Below are positions 62,508-64,000 of a stretch of DNA of 64,000 bases, in pieces. Position numbers and translations under genes: made by a program. The notes beneath the pieces were generated by a model. It saw only the letters and a list, made by a program, of their open reading frames with translations, was not told the DNA's origin and made no database searches. The stretch's first letter is position 1; each line of letters opens with the position of its first letter. This stretch comes from Elsinoe ampelina (taxonomy: Eukaryota). The DNA lies in the NCBI GenBank assembly GCA_010093995.1, contig ML992506.1, positions 568,551-632,550 on the forward strand, in the 5' to 3' direction.

Positions 62508-64000
62508 ATGCCCCCAGCTCGACCTCGTAACACATCGAGAGGGCGCGCGTCAACAACACAAGATGGCACTAAGATATTGCTATTTTTGTTAGCCTTCCGA
62601 ACATTCAATGCCTTCACTTTGAAGACATTCTTTCAACCAGACGAGTATTTCCAATCTCTCGAGCCTGCCTGGAAGCTTGCCTATGGAGGGGACAGCGGTG
62701 CGTGGATCACCTGGGTACGTATATCTAGTCTTGCTTTGTCTCTGATATGCCACATCAGTATTGAGGTCTGCAGCTCACGAGGTCAGGAATGGCGGGAGTA
62801 TCTCAGGTCCTCGATACATCCATTCCTCTTCTCCTACGCCTACAAGGTTGTGGCCTGGATCTCGACAGCACTACAATTAGACCTCCACTCCCATGGAGAG
62901 CTGCTAGTTGCTGCGCCGAAACTTCTACAAGCTTGCCTGGCTGCTCTAATGGATCTGTACACTTGGAAGTTGTCGAACAAGCATTACGGACCCGGGTCTG
63001 AGGTATCTCTAGCAATGGTCAGTGGTGGTGTCATGTCAGTAGTGGCACGAGACTGATCCTGTCAAAGCTCTACATATCCCTTCTGAGCCCGTGGCAATGG
63101 TTTTGCTCGACGAGAACCCTGATGAACAGTCTTGAGTGCACACTCACTGCTGCTGCGCTATACTACTGGCCTTGGGACATGTTCACAAGTGTCACTAGCC
63201 TCCGGAAACGACCAGAAACCAATCGATCGTGAATATGTCCCAAGCGGATTTGTGCCTAAATCTGACGTTGCACAGTTTACTCTATGCCCTCACCCTAGCT
63301 GCGCTCGCAAGTATATTCCGTGCACCCAACATCCTCATTTGGCTGGTGATTGGCGGTGTCTGCTTCGTTTACAGACTTTGGCTGTGGGAAAGGTCGATCT
63401 CGGTACTGTCAAGAGCCATCGCATATGCCATCCTCGTTGGGTATGAACGGATGTCAGCTCATGTCGTGCTCTCAGCTGACTTGCATAGATGCTATATCCT
63501 GGTGTGGTCAGCATTCCTAGACTGGCGTTTCTACGGAATTGCAGTATTCCCACCGTACCGATTTATCCAGTTCAACGTCGTTCAGAGCCTTGCCGTCTTC
63601 TACGGCCAGAACAGAGCAGACTACTATTTCACAGAAGGACTGCCGATCCTACTTACCGCCCTGCTTCCCTTCGCCATCCATGGCATGTACCGAGCTCTAC
63701 GTAGCAGCCGCACAACCAAATCGACAGTAGCGAGTCATACCGCCCGTGTGCGCGACCTCACCCTCATTCTGGTCGTTCTCGTCACTATAGGTACACTCAC
63801 AACAATTCCACACAAAGAAGTGCGCTTCCTGTATCCACTTGTACCTATTTTCCACCTTTTTGCAGCTCCATCATTCGCTGGCTTCTTTGCTCCGCTCCCT
63901 TTTCCGAACAAGACCGGCCGCAAAATGGTTCTTCTCATCGTGGTGGTATTCAACATTGCTCTTGCGCTATATGCATCGCTCGTGCACCAGCGAGGCGTCA
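62508..64000 (+). CDS. GPI10: GPI mannosyltransferase 3 (PIG-B family), runs off the window
   Basis: [42 protein letters not shown] and HQRGV; several introns. Confidence 0.93.

Overview
Genomic DNA from a filamentous ascomycete (short GT-AG introns, RIP-mutated repeats; a Dothideomycete-like fungus is my inference). About 18 protein-coding genes can be modelled: a membrane protein, sphingolipid delta-4 desaturase, GNAT acetyltransferase, a cutinase with a long Pro/Gly-rich N-terminal extension, a divergent 2-methylcitrate synthase/methylisocitrate lyase pair, a TAP-like hydrolase, a Gin4/Hsl1-family kinase, a C2H2 transcription factor, a PLAC8 protein, SRP101, YIF1, a PTH11-like receptor, an amino-acid permease, COQ2, a JmjC protein (DMM-1-like), cytochrome b2, TatD and GPI10 (partial). 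A ~10 kb AT-rich island (44734-54937, two assembly gaps) lies in the divergent COQ2/JmjC promoter. It is a TA-flanked TIR element with a nested, RIP-killed Pyret-like Ty3/Gypsy chromovirus. The best leads are: (1) a RIP-masked antisense gene inside the retrotransposon with exact Zn2Cys6 spacing plus a coiled coil; (2) repeated, orientation-independent C-rich-to-G-rich skew switches; (3) a structured MITE-like element in the methylcitrate promoter; (4) the modular cutinase. All calls are by eye, without database searches, and exon boundaries are manual predictions.
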